From an uncultured bacterium (GTDB taxonomy: Bacteria > Vulcanimicrobiota > Vulcanimicrobiia > Vulcanimicrobiales > Vulcanimicrobiaceae), in the NCBI GenBank assembly GCA_964483365.1, contig CAZABL010000006.1:6859-70858 (forward strand): DNA of 64,000 nt, in the 5' to 3' direction. How positions within the stretch are numbered: the stretch's first letter is position 1; each line of letters opens with the position of its first letter. The translations under genes and the position numbers were made by a program. Positions 1 to 9,304 of the stretch are shown here, one piece after another. The notes beneath the pieces are model-generated. The model ran no database searches. It worked only from the letters and a program-made list of their open reading frames with translations, and was not told where the DNA came from.

Positions 1-1451
1 GCGCTCGGCGCGACGAGTCCGGGGATCGTGGGGAACGTCCAGCGCTCGGGCCACACCAACGTGCCCGCAGCGATCGTCGGATACCGGCTCGGCGGCGGCG
101 CTTTCCCCGTACGCACCCACGCGTCGAGGTTGATCAGCGCTGCGCGCGCGACCGGGCGCCAATCCAGCGGCGAGCTGCGCGCGCGTGCACCGGGGAGCTT
201 CACCGGCTCGACGCCGGGGACGTGCATCCCGCCGGCGACCGCGTAGAGCCGCACGTTGGGTGGCAGCGCGACGTCCGCGGTGCCCTCCTCGTTCGTCGTC
301 ATCAGCGACGCGGTGCGGCCCCAATACTCGTGCGAGGTGTGGATGTCGATGACATCGAGATCCGGCGGCAGCCACTCCGATTCATGGAACGGCGGGACGT
401 CGGTCGGATAGAAGAACGACGAGAACGCCGCAGCATCGCGCGACGGTTGCGCGAAGCGGAAGTTGAAGCTGCCCAGTGACGGCCCGGAGACGATCGGCAT
501 CATCGCGTCGAGTACCTTGCGTCCCTGTTCGTCGCGATTGAAGCCTTGCTGCACGAACGTGCGCAGGAACCGGCCGCTCTGCGAGATCCCGAAGCCGTAC
601 GCGCGCGAGACGTGGACCGGCGCGGATGCGTCGTACTTGAAGTACGAGGCTGCGTCGCGAACCGCGGCGAGCCCGAGCCCGACGATGCGCGGATCCTTCG
701 CGCGATAGACGAGCTCGTAGATATGGCCGGGCTGGAAATTGCCGTCGAGTGCGATCGCAGTTCCGCCGGGTGCGAAGTGCCAGTGCGTTCGTGGTATGGT
801 CGTCCGCGGCGCGAGGACGTCGTCGCGCACGGTGAGGACGTTGGCGGCGGCGCGCTCGTCCGCGGTCGGGTACGGGACCTGGCCGTTGTGGCCGATCTCG
901 TGTTCGACCGCCGGCGCGTCGACGTGAAAATCGCTGCGCACCAGGCCCGTGATCGGCACGCCGTTCTCGCTGGCGATCGGGGCGCGCAGCGCCAATCCGT
1001 GGCCTTGCGGGACGTCGAACTCCCAGCCGACGCTGATCGTGACGAAGCCGTGGCGCATCAAGAAGCCGCTGCCGAGATCGTCCGCGGTGCCGTCCCGCGC
1101 GAAGTGTCCGCGGTCAAACCACAGCGCCGACGCACCGCCGCGGTTCGGGATGTCGATCAGCGCCGTGCCGTTGCTCTTGGTCCGATCTTGCGGTGCAAGG
1201 ATCACGATGTCGTCGGACGAGACGACCTCGCCCGCGGTGTCGCGGGGCGCACGCGCAAGGTCGACGACGCGCCGGTTCGCCGTATCCTCCGGACGGTCGG
1301 CGAACCACAGCCGGCCGACGATCTTCTCGTAGCCGTACGCGATCGGCGTTCGCGAGACGAGCTCGAAGCGCGTGACGCGCGCTGCGGCGGGCAGCGGCGC
1401 GACCGAGCAGACCGCTGCAGCAGCGAGGAGGGAACGAACGATGAAGCGCAC
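1..1451 (-). CDS. Exported alpha/beta-hydrolase-like protein (3' end cut by the window edge)
   Basis: Absent from the ORF track because it has no stop codon inside the window. Hand translation of the minus strand from GTG (1451..1449) stays open to position 1. It reads VRFIVRSLLAAAAVCSVAPLPAAARVTRFELV (signal-like), then NGTALIDIPNRGG, then AYGFGISQSGRFLRTFVQQGF (a GxSxG nucleophile-elbow-like motif). The sequence is smooth and protein-like throughout. Confidence 0.6.
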   Translation of the reverse strand, partial: MRFIVRSLLAAAAVCSVAPLPAAARVTRFELVSRTPIAYGYEKIVGRLWFADRPEDTANRRVVDLARAPRDTAGEVVSSDDIVILAPQDRTKSNGTALIDIPNRGGASALWFDRGHFARDGTADDLGSGFLMRHGFVTISVGWEFDVPQGHGLALRAPIASENGVPITGLVRSDFHVDAPAVEHEIGHNGQVPYPTADERAAANVLTVRDDVLAPRTTIPRTHWHFAPGGTAIALDGNFQPGHIYELVYRAKDPRIVGLGLAAVRDAASYFKYDASAPVHVSRAYGFGISQSGRFLRTFVQQGFNRDEQGRKVLDAMMPIVSGPSLGSFNFRFAQPSRDAAAFSSFFYPTDVPPFHESEWLPPDLDVIDIHTSHEYWGRTASLMTTNEEGTADVALPPNVRLYAVAGGMHVPGVEPVKLPGARARSSPLDWRPVARAALINLDAWVRTGKAPPPSRYPTIAAGTLVWPERWTFPTIPGLVAPS

Positions 1452-1508
1452 GGCCTTCGTGTTCTCTGCGCGGCGGAATGGTCCATCGCCGCGCGGAAGC
1501 GCAGGATC

Positions 1509-2285
1509 ATGGACCGTTCGCACTTCGTCCTCGGAGCGCTCGCGGCGAGCGTCGCCGTCGCGCCGCGGGCTGCCGGCGCGGCCGACCCGGCGGCGACGGT
1601 CGCCGATCTGGTCGATGCCAACCACATCCTGGCGCACGAGGGTGTCGTCGACGGGTTCGGGCACGTCAGCGCGCGCGATCCGCGCGATCCGCAGCGCTAC
1701 CTGCTCGCGCGCAGCATGGCGCCGGCGCTCGTCACCGCCGACGACATCATGACGTACGATCTCGCGAGCAACCCGATCGACGCGAAGGGACGCCAGAGCT
1801 ATCTGGAGCGGTTCATTCACGGCGCGATCTATGCCGCGCGCCCGGACGTGCAATCGGTCGTGCACAGTCATACGCTTTCGGTGATCCCGTTCGGCGTCAC
1901 GAATCGTCCGCTGCGGCCCGTCTTCCACCTGGCCGGCTTCATCGGCGAACGGGCGCCGGTCTTCGAGATTCGCGGCGCCGGCGGCGATGCGACCGATCTG
2001 CTCGTCGGCTCGCAGCCGCTCGGTGACGCGCTCGCGCGAACGCTCGGCAACAGCAACGTCGTGCTGATGCGCGGACACGGGATGGTCGCCGTTGCCCCGA
2101 CGATCCGCGAAGCCGTGTTTCGCGCCTACTACACCGGCGTCGACGCGCAGCTCGAGAGCCAAGCGCTGGCACTCGGCCAAACGCCGACGTTCTTGACCGC
2201 CGGCGAAGCGCAGCACGCGGCGCAGACAGCGACTGGGCTCGTCGGACGCACCTGGGATCTGTGGAAGCAAAATCTGCCGCGGTGA
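1509..2285 (+). CDS. Class II aldolase/adducin-family protein with a signal-like N-terminus
   Basis: These are the last 258 codons of ORF 546..2285; the upstream part of that ORF is Arg/Asp-rich shadow sequence. The core carries VVHSHTLSVIPFG and VLMRGHGMVAV, typical of the class II aldolase/adducin fold. The N-terminus is MDRSHFVLGALAASVAVAPRAAGA. Confidence 0.8.
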   Translation: MDRSHFVLGALAASVAVAPRAAGAADPAATVADLVDANHILAHEGVVDGFGHVSARDPRDPQRYLLARSMAPALVTADDIMTYDLASNPIDAKGRQSYLERFIHGAIYAARPDVQSVVHSHTLSVIPFGVTNRPLRPVFHLAGFIGERAPVFEIRGAGGDATDLLVGSQPLGDALARTLGNSNVVLMRGHGMVAVAPTIREAVFRAYYTGVDAQLESQALALGQTPTFLTAGEAQHAAQTATGLVGRTWDLWKQNLPR

Positions 2286-3595
2286 AACCTGTCAAAATCG
2301 GGCTGCTCGGCGTCGGGACCGTCGGCGGCGGTACCTATCGCGTCTTACAGCGCAATCGCGAGGAGATCACGCGCCGCGCGGGGACGCGCATCGAGATCGC
2401 GTGGGTTGCGGCGCGCAACGCGGAGCGGGCACGCGCGCTCGTCGAGAATGCGGTTCCCGTCCATACCGATATCGTTGCGGCGGTCGCGGACCCGGAGATC
2501 GATATCGTCGTCGAGGTCATCGGTGGGACGACCGACGCCAAGGACGCGGTCCTTGCCGCAATTGCACACGGCAAGCACGTCGTCACCGCCAACAAGGCGC
2601 TGCTTGCGACGCACGGCAACGAGATCTTCGCCGCCGCGCAAGCGCGCAACGTGATGGTGGCGTTCGAGGGCGCGGTCGCCGCGGGGATCACGATCATCAA
2701 GACGCTGCGCGAGGGGCTCGCGGCGAACTCGGTCGAGTGGATCGCCGGGATCATCAACGGAACGAGTAACTACATCCTCAGCGAGATGCGCGCGCGCCGG
2801 CTCTCGTTCGCCGACGCGCTCGCCGACGCGCAGCGGTTGGGTTACGCCGAAGCCGACCCGACGTTCGACGTCGAGGGGATCGACGCGGCGCACAAGCTCA
2901 CGCTCCTTGCGGCGATCGGATTCGGCATCCCGGTGCAGTTCGAGCGTGCGTACGTCGAAGGAATCACCCGGCTCACCGACGCCGACATCGGCTATGCGAG
3001 CGCGCTCGGCTACACGATCAAGCTACTCGGGATCACCCGCCGCACGCCGGCGGGGATCGAGTTGCGCGTGCATCCCGCGCTCATCCCCAACGAACGACTG
3101 ATCGCAAACGTGCACGGCGCGATGAACGCGATCCTCGTCAAAGGCGATGCGGCCGGTGTGACGATGTACTACGGCGCCGGCGCGGGAGCCGAACCGACGG
3201 CGTCGGCGGTCCTCGCCGACGTCATCGAGGTCACGCGTCTAATGCGCGCCGAGCCCGAGGAGCGCGTCCCGTATCTCGCCTTCCAGCCCGACGCGCTGCA
3301 CGACGACGTGCCGATCCTCCCGATCGCCGACGTCGAGACGTCGTATTACCTGCGCGTGCGCGTGCAGGACCGCATCGGCGCGCTCGCCGATCTCGCGCGC
3401 ACCCTCGCCGACCACGCGATCTCGATCGACGCGATGCTGCAGCAAGGGCCGGGGGACGAGCACAACGAGACCGACATCGTGATCCTCACCCACCGTACGC
3501 GCGAGGGGAACGTCGACGCCGCGGTCGAGCAACTCGTCGCGCGCGACGTGATCCGCCCGGCCTACTCGCGCATCCGCCGCGAGCAGTTGGAGTAA
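2261..3595 (+). CDS. hom: Homoserine dehydrogenase
   Basis: ORF 2261..3595. It has the KIGLLGVGTVGGG Rossmann start, VVTANKALLA, and a C-terminal ACT-like regulatory region. The true start may be GTG 2282 (VKPVKIGLLG), which overlaps the upstream stop codon. Confidence 0.9.
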   Translation: MEAKSAAVKPVKIGLLGVGTVGGGTYRVLQRNREEITRRAGTRIEIAWVAARNAERARALVENAVPVHTDIVAAVADPEIDIVVEVIGGTTDAKDAVLAAIAHGKHVVTANKALLATHGNEIFAAAQARNVMVAFEGAVAAGITIIKTLREGLAANSVEWIAGIINGTSNYILSEMRARRLSFADALADAQRLGYAEADPTFDVEGIDAAHKLTLLAAIGFGIPVQFERAYVEGITRLTDADIGYASALGYTIKLLGITRRTPAGIELRVHPALIPNERLIANVHGAMNAILVKGDAAGVTMYYGAGAGAEPTASAVLADVIEVTRLMRAEPEERVPYLAFQPDALHDDVPILPIADVETSYYLRVRVQDRIGALADLARTLADHAISIDAMLQQGPGDEHNETDIVILTHRTREGNVDAAVEQLVARDVIRPAYSRIRREQLE

Positions 3596-3651
3596 GACCC
3601 GCGCTCGAGGGCCGGACGGACCTTTCTTTTCCGCCCGTCGTCTCGGCACAG

Positions 3652-5265
3652 TTGAGAGCGATGGTGATCGGTGGGAGAGCAAGCGAGCGCGCGCGGCGGT
3701 GGCTGCCGGCCGTCGTCCTGATTGCGCTCGTGTTCGGTCTGCTGTTCCGCGTCTGGAACGTCGAGCACAAGATCTACTCCGAGGACGAGACCGTTACGTC
3801 GGTCCGCGTGGCCGGGCACACGCTGGCCGATCTCTTCGTGCTCTTCGACGGGCGGCCGCGTACGTTCGGCGAGGTTCGCCAGTTGACGCAAACGGGTCCG
3901 GGCGCCGGTCCGGCCGCGACCGTCCACTCGTTGATCGTCGAGGACCCGCAGCACCCGCCCGCGTTCTACGTCGTGCAAGCGATCGCGGTGCGCATCTTCG
4001 GCGATTCACCGATCGCGGCGCGCGTGCTGCCGACGCTCTTCGGTCTGCTCGCTCTGCCGTTGATGTGGTGGCTCTGTATCGAGCTCTTTGGGAGCAAGCT
4101 CAGCGCAGCGGTGGCGGTCGCGCTCGTCGCGGTCTCCCCGTTCCACGTGCTCTACGCGTATCAGGCGCGCGAGTACAGCTTGCTCGCAGCGGTGATCCTG
4201 CTCTCGAGCGCGGTGCTGCTCCACGCGATGCGCACGAAGACGGCCGGCTGGTGGATCCTGTATGCAGCGACGGTCGCGCTGGGGATGTACACGTATCCGC
4301 TCTTCGCGTACGTGGTCATCTCGCACGCGATCGTGGTCTTCGTGCTCGAGCGCAAGTACCTGCGCGAAGGGGTCGCCCCGTTCGTCGTCGCCGCCGCTTT
4401 GGGTGGCGCGCTGGCGGTCCCGTGGTATGTGATCGGCGCGTCGCATCGCAACGTCGTGGGCGTCGACCTGGAGTGGGTGCTCTCGCCGTACCCGTTCGCG
4501 TTCATGGTGTCGAAGTGGGCGTTCTTCGCAGGCGCGACGTTCTTCGATCTCGAGTACGGCGATCTGCGTTACCTGGTCGTCCTTGCCCCGCTGCTGCTGT
4601 TCGTCGGCTACGCGTTCTACCGCGTCGTGCGGGCGCGCGATCGCGTCGTCGCGGTTTTCGTTCCCGCGCTCGCCGGAACGACTGCGCTCGGACTGATCGT
4701 CCCCGATCTCGTCCTCGGTCACCATTTCTCGACGATCGCGCGGTATCTGACGCCGACATGGATCGCGCTCGAGCTCGCCGTCGCCTATCTGGTGACGACG
4801 AGCCGGCGTCCCGCGGTGACGCTCGCGTTCATTGCGGTCATCGCGTCCGGCGTCGTCTCAGGACTGGTCAACTCGCGGACCGACTCGTGGTGGGAAGCGA
4901 GCGATACACGTCCCGTCCCGCAAATCGCGGCGATTCTCGCGCGTTCTCACGACGCGCTGTTCGTCTGCCAGAACCACTACGGAGAGGTGCTCGATCTCGC
5001 GTTCCGCGTTCCGCCGTCGACGCGCATCCAGCTCTTCCGTGACGGCCCCGTGCCGCGAATTCACGACGGCGGCGCTGCATTCGTCATGTCGCCGACGCCG
5101 CAACTGCGTGCGCTGCTTGCCCGCGAACAGGGACTGCGCACGGTGCGGATCTACGACTCGAGTCTCGCGAACCTTCCCGCGCAACGGTTCCGCGCGATGG
5201 CGTCGAGCGCGAAGGGGAGCGACCTGCGCTGGGGCGACGCCACGCTGTGGCGCTTGGTGGAGTAG
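3652..5265 (+). CDS. GT-C fold membrane glycosyltransferase (family 39 / ArnT-PMT-like)
   Basis: ORF 3652..5265 (TTG start; ATG 3661 is also possible). It has many hydrophobic spans, an acidic first-loop motif YSEDETV, and a soluble C-terminal tail, which is the usual architecture of GT39/ArnT-like enzymes. Confidence 0.65.
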   Translation: MRAMVIGGRASERARRWLPAVVLIALVFGLLFRVWNVEHKIYSEDETVTSVRVAGHTLADLFVLFDGRPRTFGEVRQLTQTGPGAGPAATVHSLIVEDPQHPPAFYVVQAIAVRIFGDSPIAARVLPTLFGLLALPLMWWLCIELFGSKLSAAVAVALVAVSPFHVLYAYQAREYSLLAAVILLSSAVLLHAMRTKTAGWWILYAATVALGMYTYPLFAYVVISHAIVVFVLERKYLREGVAPFVVAAALGGALAVPWYVIGASHRNVVGVDLEWVLSPYPFAFMVSKWAFFAGATFFDLEYGDLRYLVVLAPLLLFVGYAFYRVVRARDRVVAVFVPALAGTTALGLIVPDLVLGHHFSTIARYLTPTWIALELAVAYLVTTSRRPAVTLAFIAVIASGVVSGLVNSRTDSWWEASDTRPVPQIAAILARSHDALFVCQNHYGEVLDLAFRVPPSTRIQLFRDGPVPRIHDGGAAFVMSPTPQLRALLAREQGLRTVRIYDSSLANLPAQRFRAMASSAKGSDLRWGDATLWRLVE

Positions 5266-5299
5266 ACCGGCTTCCCTCGTCGTCTGTCCGGAGGTTGCG

Positions 5300-5929
5300 A
5301 TGCATCAGCGGCCTCGACTCGAGAAGCAACGGCTCGATATTCTCGTCGACGGCGTGTACGCGATCGCGCTCACGCTCCTCGTGCTCGACGTGAAGCTGCC
5401 CGACGGACTCGCCGCGGCCGAGGTCCCCCGGCATCTCGTCGCGCTATTGCCGAAGCTCGGCGCCTATGCGATCGCATTTGCGACCGTCGCGCTGATGTGG
5501 CTCTGTCACTACTATGTCGCGACGCTCGTACGGCAGAGCGACTACACGCACATCGTGTTGAACCTGGCCCCGTTGATGCTGGTCGCCCTGGTACCGTTCT
5601 CGGCAGCGACCGTCGGAACGTATCCCGGCTCTGCATGGGCCGCCGCGCTCTTCGCTGCGAACTTCGCGTCGATCACGCTACTCTACGCGCTCAACTGGCA
5701 GCACTGCCGGCGCTACCTCATCGGCCCACGCGTCGACCCGCGCACGGCCCACCACTTGACCCAGCTCATCTGGGCGTTCTTCGCCGTCGAATGTCTGGCG
5801 ACGGTGCTCGCGCTCGCCGTTCCCAGCCTGGGACTCGCACTCGTCGCGCTCTTGGTCCCCCTCGGTTATGCGTTCGCGGGCCTGTGGGAAGGCCGGATGT
5901 TCGAGCCCTGCGCGCCGTCCTCAGGCTGA
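5300..5929 (+). CDS. TMEM175/DUF1211-family membrane protein (putative K+ channel)
   Basis: ATG 5300 sits 5 nt after GGAGG (5290..5294), inside ORF 4832..5929. The RLDILVDGVYAIALTLLVLD motif resembles the RxxxFSDGVFAIAITLLVLE signature of this family. It has about 6 hydrophobic helices. Confidence 0.7.
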   Translation: MHQRPRLEKQRLDILVDGVYAIALTLLVLDVKLPDGLAAAEVPRHLVALLPKLGAYAIAFATVALMWLCHYYVATLVRQSDYTHIVLNLAPLMLVALVPFSAATVGTYPGSAWAAALFAANFASITLLYALNWQHCRRYLIGPRVDPRTAHHLTQLIWAFFAVECLATVLALAVPSLGLALVALLVPLGYAFAGLWEGRMFEPCAPSSG

Positions 5930-5943
5930 GCCGACGAGATACA

Positions 5944-6951
5944 CTAGGTCGACGCGACGCGGCGCGGCGCGAGGTCGATCGCTGCCTCGAGCGCGGCCTT
6001 CATCGAGCCTTCGTCGGCTTTGCCGGTCCCGGCGATGTCGAACGCCGTGCCGTGATCGACGCTCGTGCGAATGTACGGGAGCCCGACGGTGATGTTGACG
6101 CCGGCCTCCAAGCCCATGACCTTGATCGGCCCGTGGCCTTGGTCGTGATACATCGCGACGACGATGTCGAAGTCGCCGCGCACCGCGCGGAAGAACAGCG
6201 TGTCGGCGGGGAGGGGACCCTCGACGTTGATCCCCTCGGCGCGTGCGCGCGCGACGCCCGGCTCGACTTGCTTTTCTTCCTCGCCGTAACCGAACAGGCC
6301 GTGCTCGCCGGCGTGCGGATTGATTCCGCACACGCCGATCCGCGGCTGGGTGATCCCGGCGCGCGAGAGCGTCTCGTGCGCGAGCCGAACGACGGTGTGC
6401 ACGCGTTCGGGCGTGATGCGATGGATCGCGTCGATCAGACCGATGTGCGTCGTCACGTGGATGACGCGCAGCTTCGGCGCGGTGAGCATCATCGCGAACT
6501 CTTTGGTGCCGGAGAGATCGGCGAGGATCTCGGTGTGCCCGGGATACTGATGGCCGCCCGCGTGCAGCGCTTCTTTGTTGAGCGGCGCGGTGCAGATCGC
6601 GTCGACCTTGCCGGCAAGTGCGAGTGCGTTCGCGCGCTCGAGATAGCGAAACGCGGCGTCGCCGGCTTTTCCGGACAGCTTCCCGAACGGGACATTGCCG
6701 GGCTCGAGCAGGTGCAGATCGTCGATGTCGAGGTAGCGCGCGTCGGGCTGCCACGCGTCGACATCGTCGACGACGCGCAGCGCTTGCGGTGAGCGCACGA
6801 CCTCCATCGCGCGGCGCATGATCGACGCGTCGCCGATCACGAGCGGACGGCAGCGCGCGTACCAGCCGCCGTCGGCGAGCGTTTTGGCGATGATCTCCGG
6901 GCCGACGCCGGCGGCGTCACCCATCGTGATTCCGATCGTGGGTAGGCTCAT
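5944..6951 (-). CDS. pdxA2: PdxA-family NAD-dependent dehydrogenase (PdxA2-type 4-phospho-tetronate dehydrogenase)
   Basis: ORF 5944..6951. It carries the GITMGDAAGVGPEIIAK and HTEIL PdxA signatures. It overlaps the upstream DUF1537 kinase gene by 4 nt. Confidence 0.85.
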   Translation of the reverse strand: MSLPTIGITMGDAAGVGPEIIAKTLADGGWYARCRPLVIGDASIMRRAMEVVRSPQALRVVDDVDAWQPDARYLDIDDLHLLEPGNVPFGKLSGKAGDAAFRYLERANALALAGKVDAICTAPLNKEALHAGGHQYPGHTEILADLSGTKEFAMMLTAPKLRVIHVTTHIGLIDAIHRITPERVHTVVRLAHETLSRAGITQPRIGVCGINPHAGEHGLFGYGEEEKQVEPGVARARAEGINVEGPLPADTLFFRAVRGDFDIVVAMYHDQGHGPIKVMGLEAGVNITVGLPYIRTSVDHGTAFDIAGTGKADEGSMKAALEAAIDLAPRRVAST

Positions 6952-8210
6952 GCGGTCACCTGGGAGCGAAGGGTCGCGACGATGTCGCGATAGGTTTGGG
7001 GCTGGCCGAATCCGCCGGCTTTCGTGACGAGCAGGCAGTCGGCGCCGATCGCGCGCGAGAGCGGGATCCCGGGCGCTGCTTCGGCGAGCAGCGTCATTCC
7101 CCGCACCCCGTGCGCTTCGCAGAACGTACGCGCGATATCGCCACCACTGAGCACGACCGCGCCGGCGCTCCCATCGGTTACGAGTCTCCCCGTCGCGCCG
7201 ATGAATTCATCGCGCAGCGCGCGGCTGGTGCGCAGCGCATCCCAACCGCGTTCGCGGCCCCACGCGAGCGCCTGCTCGACGCGCGCGCGGTCACCGTTCA
7301 AGGCGAGCAGCGCATCGCGTCCGGCCCGCAACGCCGTGTGCGCGCGCGACACCGCGTCGCTGAGCGCTCTTCCGTGCAGCACGTCGAGCGGATCGATCCG
7401 CTCCGCGGTTCCGCTGCGGTGGGCGCCGTAGTCGTCGATCTGGCGCTGCGTCATCGCGCTGATGCTGCCGACGAGGAACAAAACGGGACCGGCGATCGCC
7501 GGCGCTGCCGGCGGAAGCTGCCCGCTCTGCGCGACGCCGCGATCGAGCACCTCGACCACACCGGCCGAACCGACCCACAGCAGGTCGTCGCGCGCGCGGT
7601 CGAGCGCGGCGATGGTGCGCAAATCATCGTCAGTCTCAGCGTCGGGGATCGCGATGCGCGTTCCGTTCGTGCGCGCCTCGTCGATCGCGCGGTTGAGCGC
7701 CGCGGTACCGGCGCGCACGAGGTCGAGTCCGAGCGGAAGCACCGCTTCGTCGAACGGGGCGGCGATGCGGGCGTTCTTGACGGGGCTGAACAGATCGCGC
7801 CCGAAATCGGTGCGATCGACCGGGACGCCGTCGACGAAGAGGATGCCGTCGCGTACGGTGCGCTGGTTCTTCGGGTAGGCGGGGCAGACAACGGCAAATG
7901 CCTGCGGCAGCGCCGCGAGCATCGCGCGCAGCTCGGCTGCGACGTTCCCACGCAACGTCGAGTCCATCTTCTTCACGATCGCGCGCGGCGACGCCGGGTG
8001 TAAACGCGCGAGCACGTCGCGCATGCGCTGATAGGCGACGTCGGGAGCGACCGCGCGCGAGTCGAGATCGACGACCAACACGTCGGTGTCGAGGACGTCG
8101 ATCGCGCCGGCGTAGTCGAGCCACACCGTCGCGCGCAGCCCTGCCTTGGTGAACTGCACGCCGGCGTCACTCGCTCCGGTGAGATCGTCGGCGACGAGAA
8201 TTTGCTGCAC
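6948..8210 (-). CDS. Four-carbon acid-sugar kinase (DUF1537 family; DtnK/DenK/OtnK-like)
   Basis: ORF 6948..8210. The N-terminal VADDLTGASDAGVQF is the hallmark DUF1537 motif. It is operonic with the PdxA2-like and KdgT-like genes. Confidence 0.85.
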   Translation of the reverse strand: MQQILVADDLTGASDAGVQFTKAGLRATVWLDYAGAIDVLDTDVLVVDLDSRAVAPDVAYQRMRDVLARLHPASPRAIVKKMDSTLRGNVAAELRAMLAALPQAFAVVCPAYPKNQRTVRDGILFVDGVPVDRTDFGRDLFSPVKNARIAAPFDEAVLPLGLDLVRAGTAALNRAIDEARTNGTRIAIPDAETDDDLRTIAALDRARDDLLWVGSAGVVEVLDRGVAQSGQLPPAAPAIAGPVLFLVGSISAMTQRQIDDYGAHRSGTAERIDPLDVLHGRALSDAVSRAHTALRAGRDALLALNGDRARVEQALAWGRERGWDALRTSRALRDEFIGATGRLVTDGSAGAVVLSGGDIARTFCEAHGVRGMTLLAEAAPGIPLSRAIGADCLLVTKAGGFGQPQTYRDIVATLRSQVTA

Positions 8211-8212
8211 GA

Positions 8213-9193
8213 CTATGCCGCCAGCGCGCCTTCACGTGGAGCTTCACCCTTGTTGACCCGGGTCGCGTACCATGCGCTCACGATCGGGGTGAGGATCGCG
8301 GTGACGATGACGCACGCGGAGACCTGCACCGTCGCGACCGCTGCGATCGGTTGATATGCGGTGTAGATCGCGGCGACGACCGCGGGAACGGCGGCCGCGT
8401 TGCCGGCCGTCGACGACGCGGCGAGCCCGGCGAGCCCGTTGCCGCCGGTGAGACGGTCGAGCACCAAGAGAACCGTCCCGGTGATGGCGACGACGAAGAC
8501 GCCGAGCAGGACGCCGCTCAGTCCGGCCGAGACGACCTTGGTGAGATCGATCCCCGTCCCGAGCGCGAGCGCGAAGAACGGGATCATCAACTGTGTGCCG
8601 GGCTTGAGGAACGCGCGCCAGGCGGGATCCCAGTTCCCCAGCGCGATCCCGATCAGCAACGGCAACAACGCGAGCACGAACGCGATGAGCGGAAAGCTCG
8701 CCAGCCCGACGACACCGAGAATCAGCATCGTGAAAAACGGACCGGACTCGAGCGACATGATCGAGTACGCCGCGACGTCTTCCGCCTTGCGTCCGAGCTG
8801 CGCCATGAGCGCCATGTACAGCCCACCGTTCGTGTCGGAGAACGCAGCCACGATCGCGAGCGCGGAGAGCCCGATGACGACGTCGTTCTGGTGCGGCGCG
8901 AGCAGACGGATCAAGAGACCGATGACGGCGGCCGTCAGGATCTTACCGAGCCACAGCGCGACGCCTTTCTTGACGATGTAACCGGTCTGCCGCAGATCGA
9001 TCGTCGACCCTAAGCACACGTAGAAGGCGGCGAGAAACGGGACTGCTCCGGTGAGCAAGCCGCCCGTGAAGCTCGTTTGGAAGATCGTGTTCCCTTTGTC
9101 GAAGATGTGCGGGAACAGCGTGCGCAGCAAGGCGCCTATGAACAGCGGAACGATCATCATTCCGCCCGGAACTCGGTCAATCCAACGCTTCAA
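8213..9193 (-). CDS. kdgT: 2-keto-3-deoxygluconate-type permease (KdgT family)
   Basis: It lies inside ORF 8213..9277. I chose TTG 9193 because GGAGG (9205..9201) lies 7 nt upstream and the product then begins LKRWIDRVPGGMMIVPLFIGALL, as KdgT proteins do. It is hydrophobic throughout. Confidence 0.8.
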   Translation of the reverse strand: MKRWIDRVPGGMMIVPLFIGALLRTLFPHIFDKGNTIFQTSFTGGLLTGAVPFLAAFYVCLGSTIDLRQTGYIVKKGVALWLGKILTAAVIGLLIRLLAPHQNDVVIGLSALAIVAAFSDTNGGLYMALMAQLGRKAEDVAAYSIMSLESGPFFTMLILGVVGLASFPLIAFVLALLPLLIGIALGNWDPAWRAFLKPGTQLMIPFFALALGTGIDLTKVVSAGLSGVLLGVFVVAITGTVLLVLDRLTGGNGLAGLAASSTAGNAAAVPAVVAAIYTAYQPIAAVATVQVSACVIVTAILTPIVSAWYATRVNKGEAPREGALAA

Positions 9194-9249
9194 CAGTCGT
9201 CCTCCGGTTGGACAACATGACCGCGTGAAGCAGAGTTTCATGCAAGCAA

Positions 9250-9277
9250 ATGGCCTGCGACTCGCGTCACAGGCCAT
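9250..9277 (-). terminator. Terminator-like hairpin downstream of lipoprotein gene A
   Basis: ATGGCCTGCGAC-tcgc-GTCACAGGCCAT forms 11 of 12 possible base pairs, 28 nt after the stop at 9305. It is followed on the minus strand by TTGCTTGCATGAAA, a weak U-tract. Confidence 0.45.
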
Positions 9278-9304
9278 GTGCGTACGTGAACGAGCAGCGC
9301 GATT

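Noticed and set aside
546-1508. N-terminal 321 codons of ORF 546..2285, as part of the aldolase gene
   Set aside because: This part is Arg/Asp-rich. It is antisense to the well-behaved exported-hydrolase frame, and it overlaps that gene entirely. The aldolase-fold homology begins only after ATG 1509.
9194-9277. The longer KdgT start at 9277 (MACDASRRPFACMKLCF...)
   Set aside because: The extension is Cys/Arg-rich and runs into the duplicated hairpin region. TTG 9193, with a GGAGG RBS, reproduces the family-typical N-terminus.
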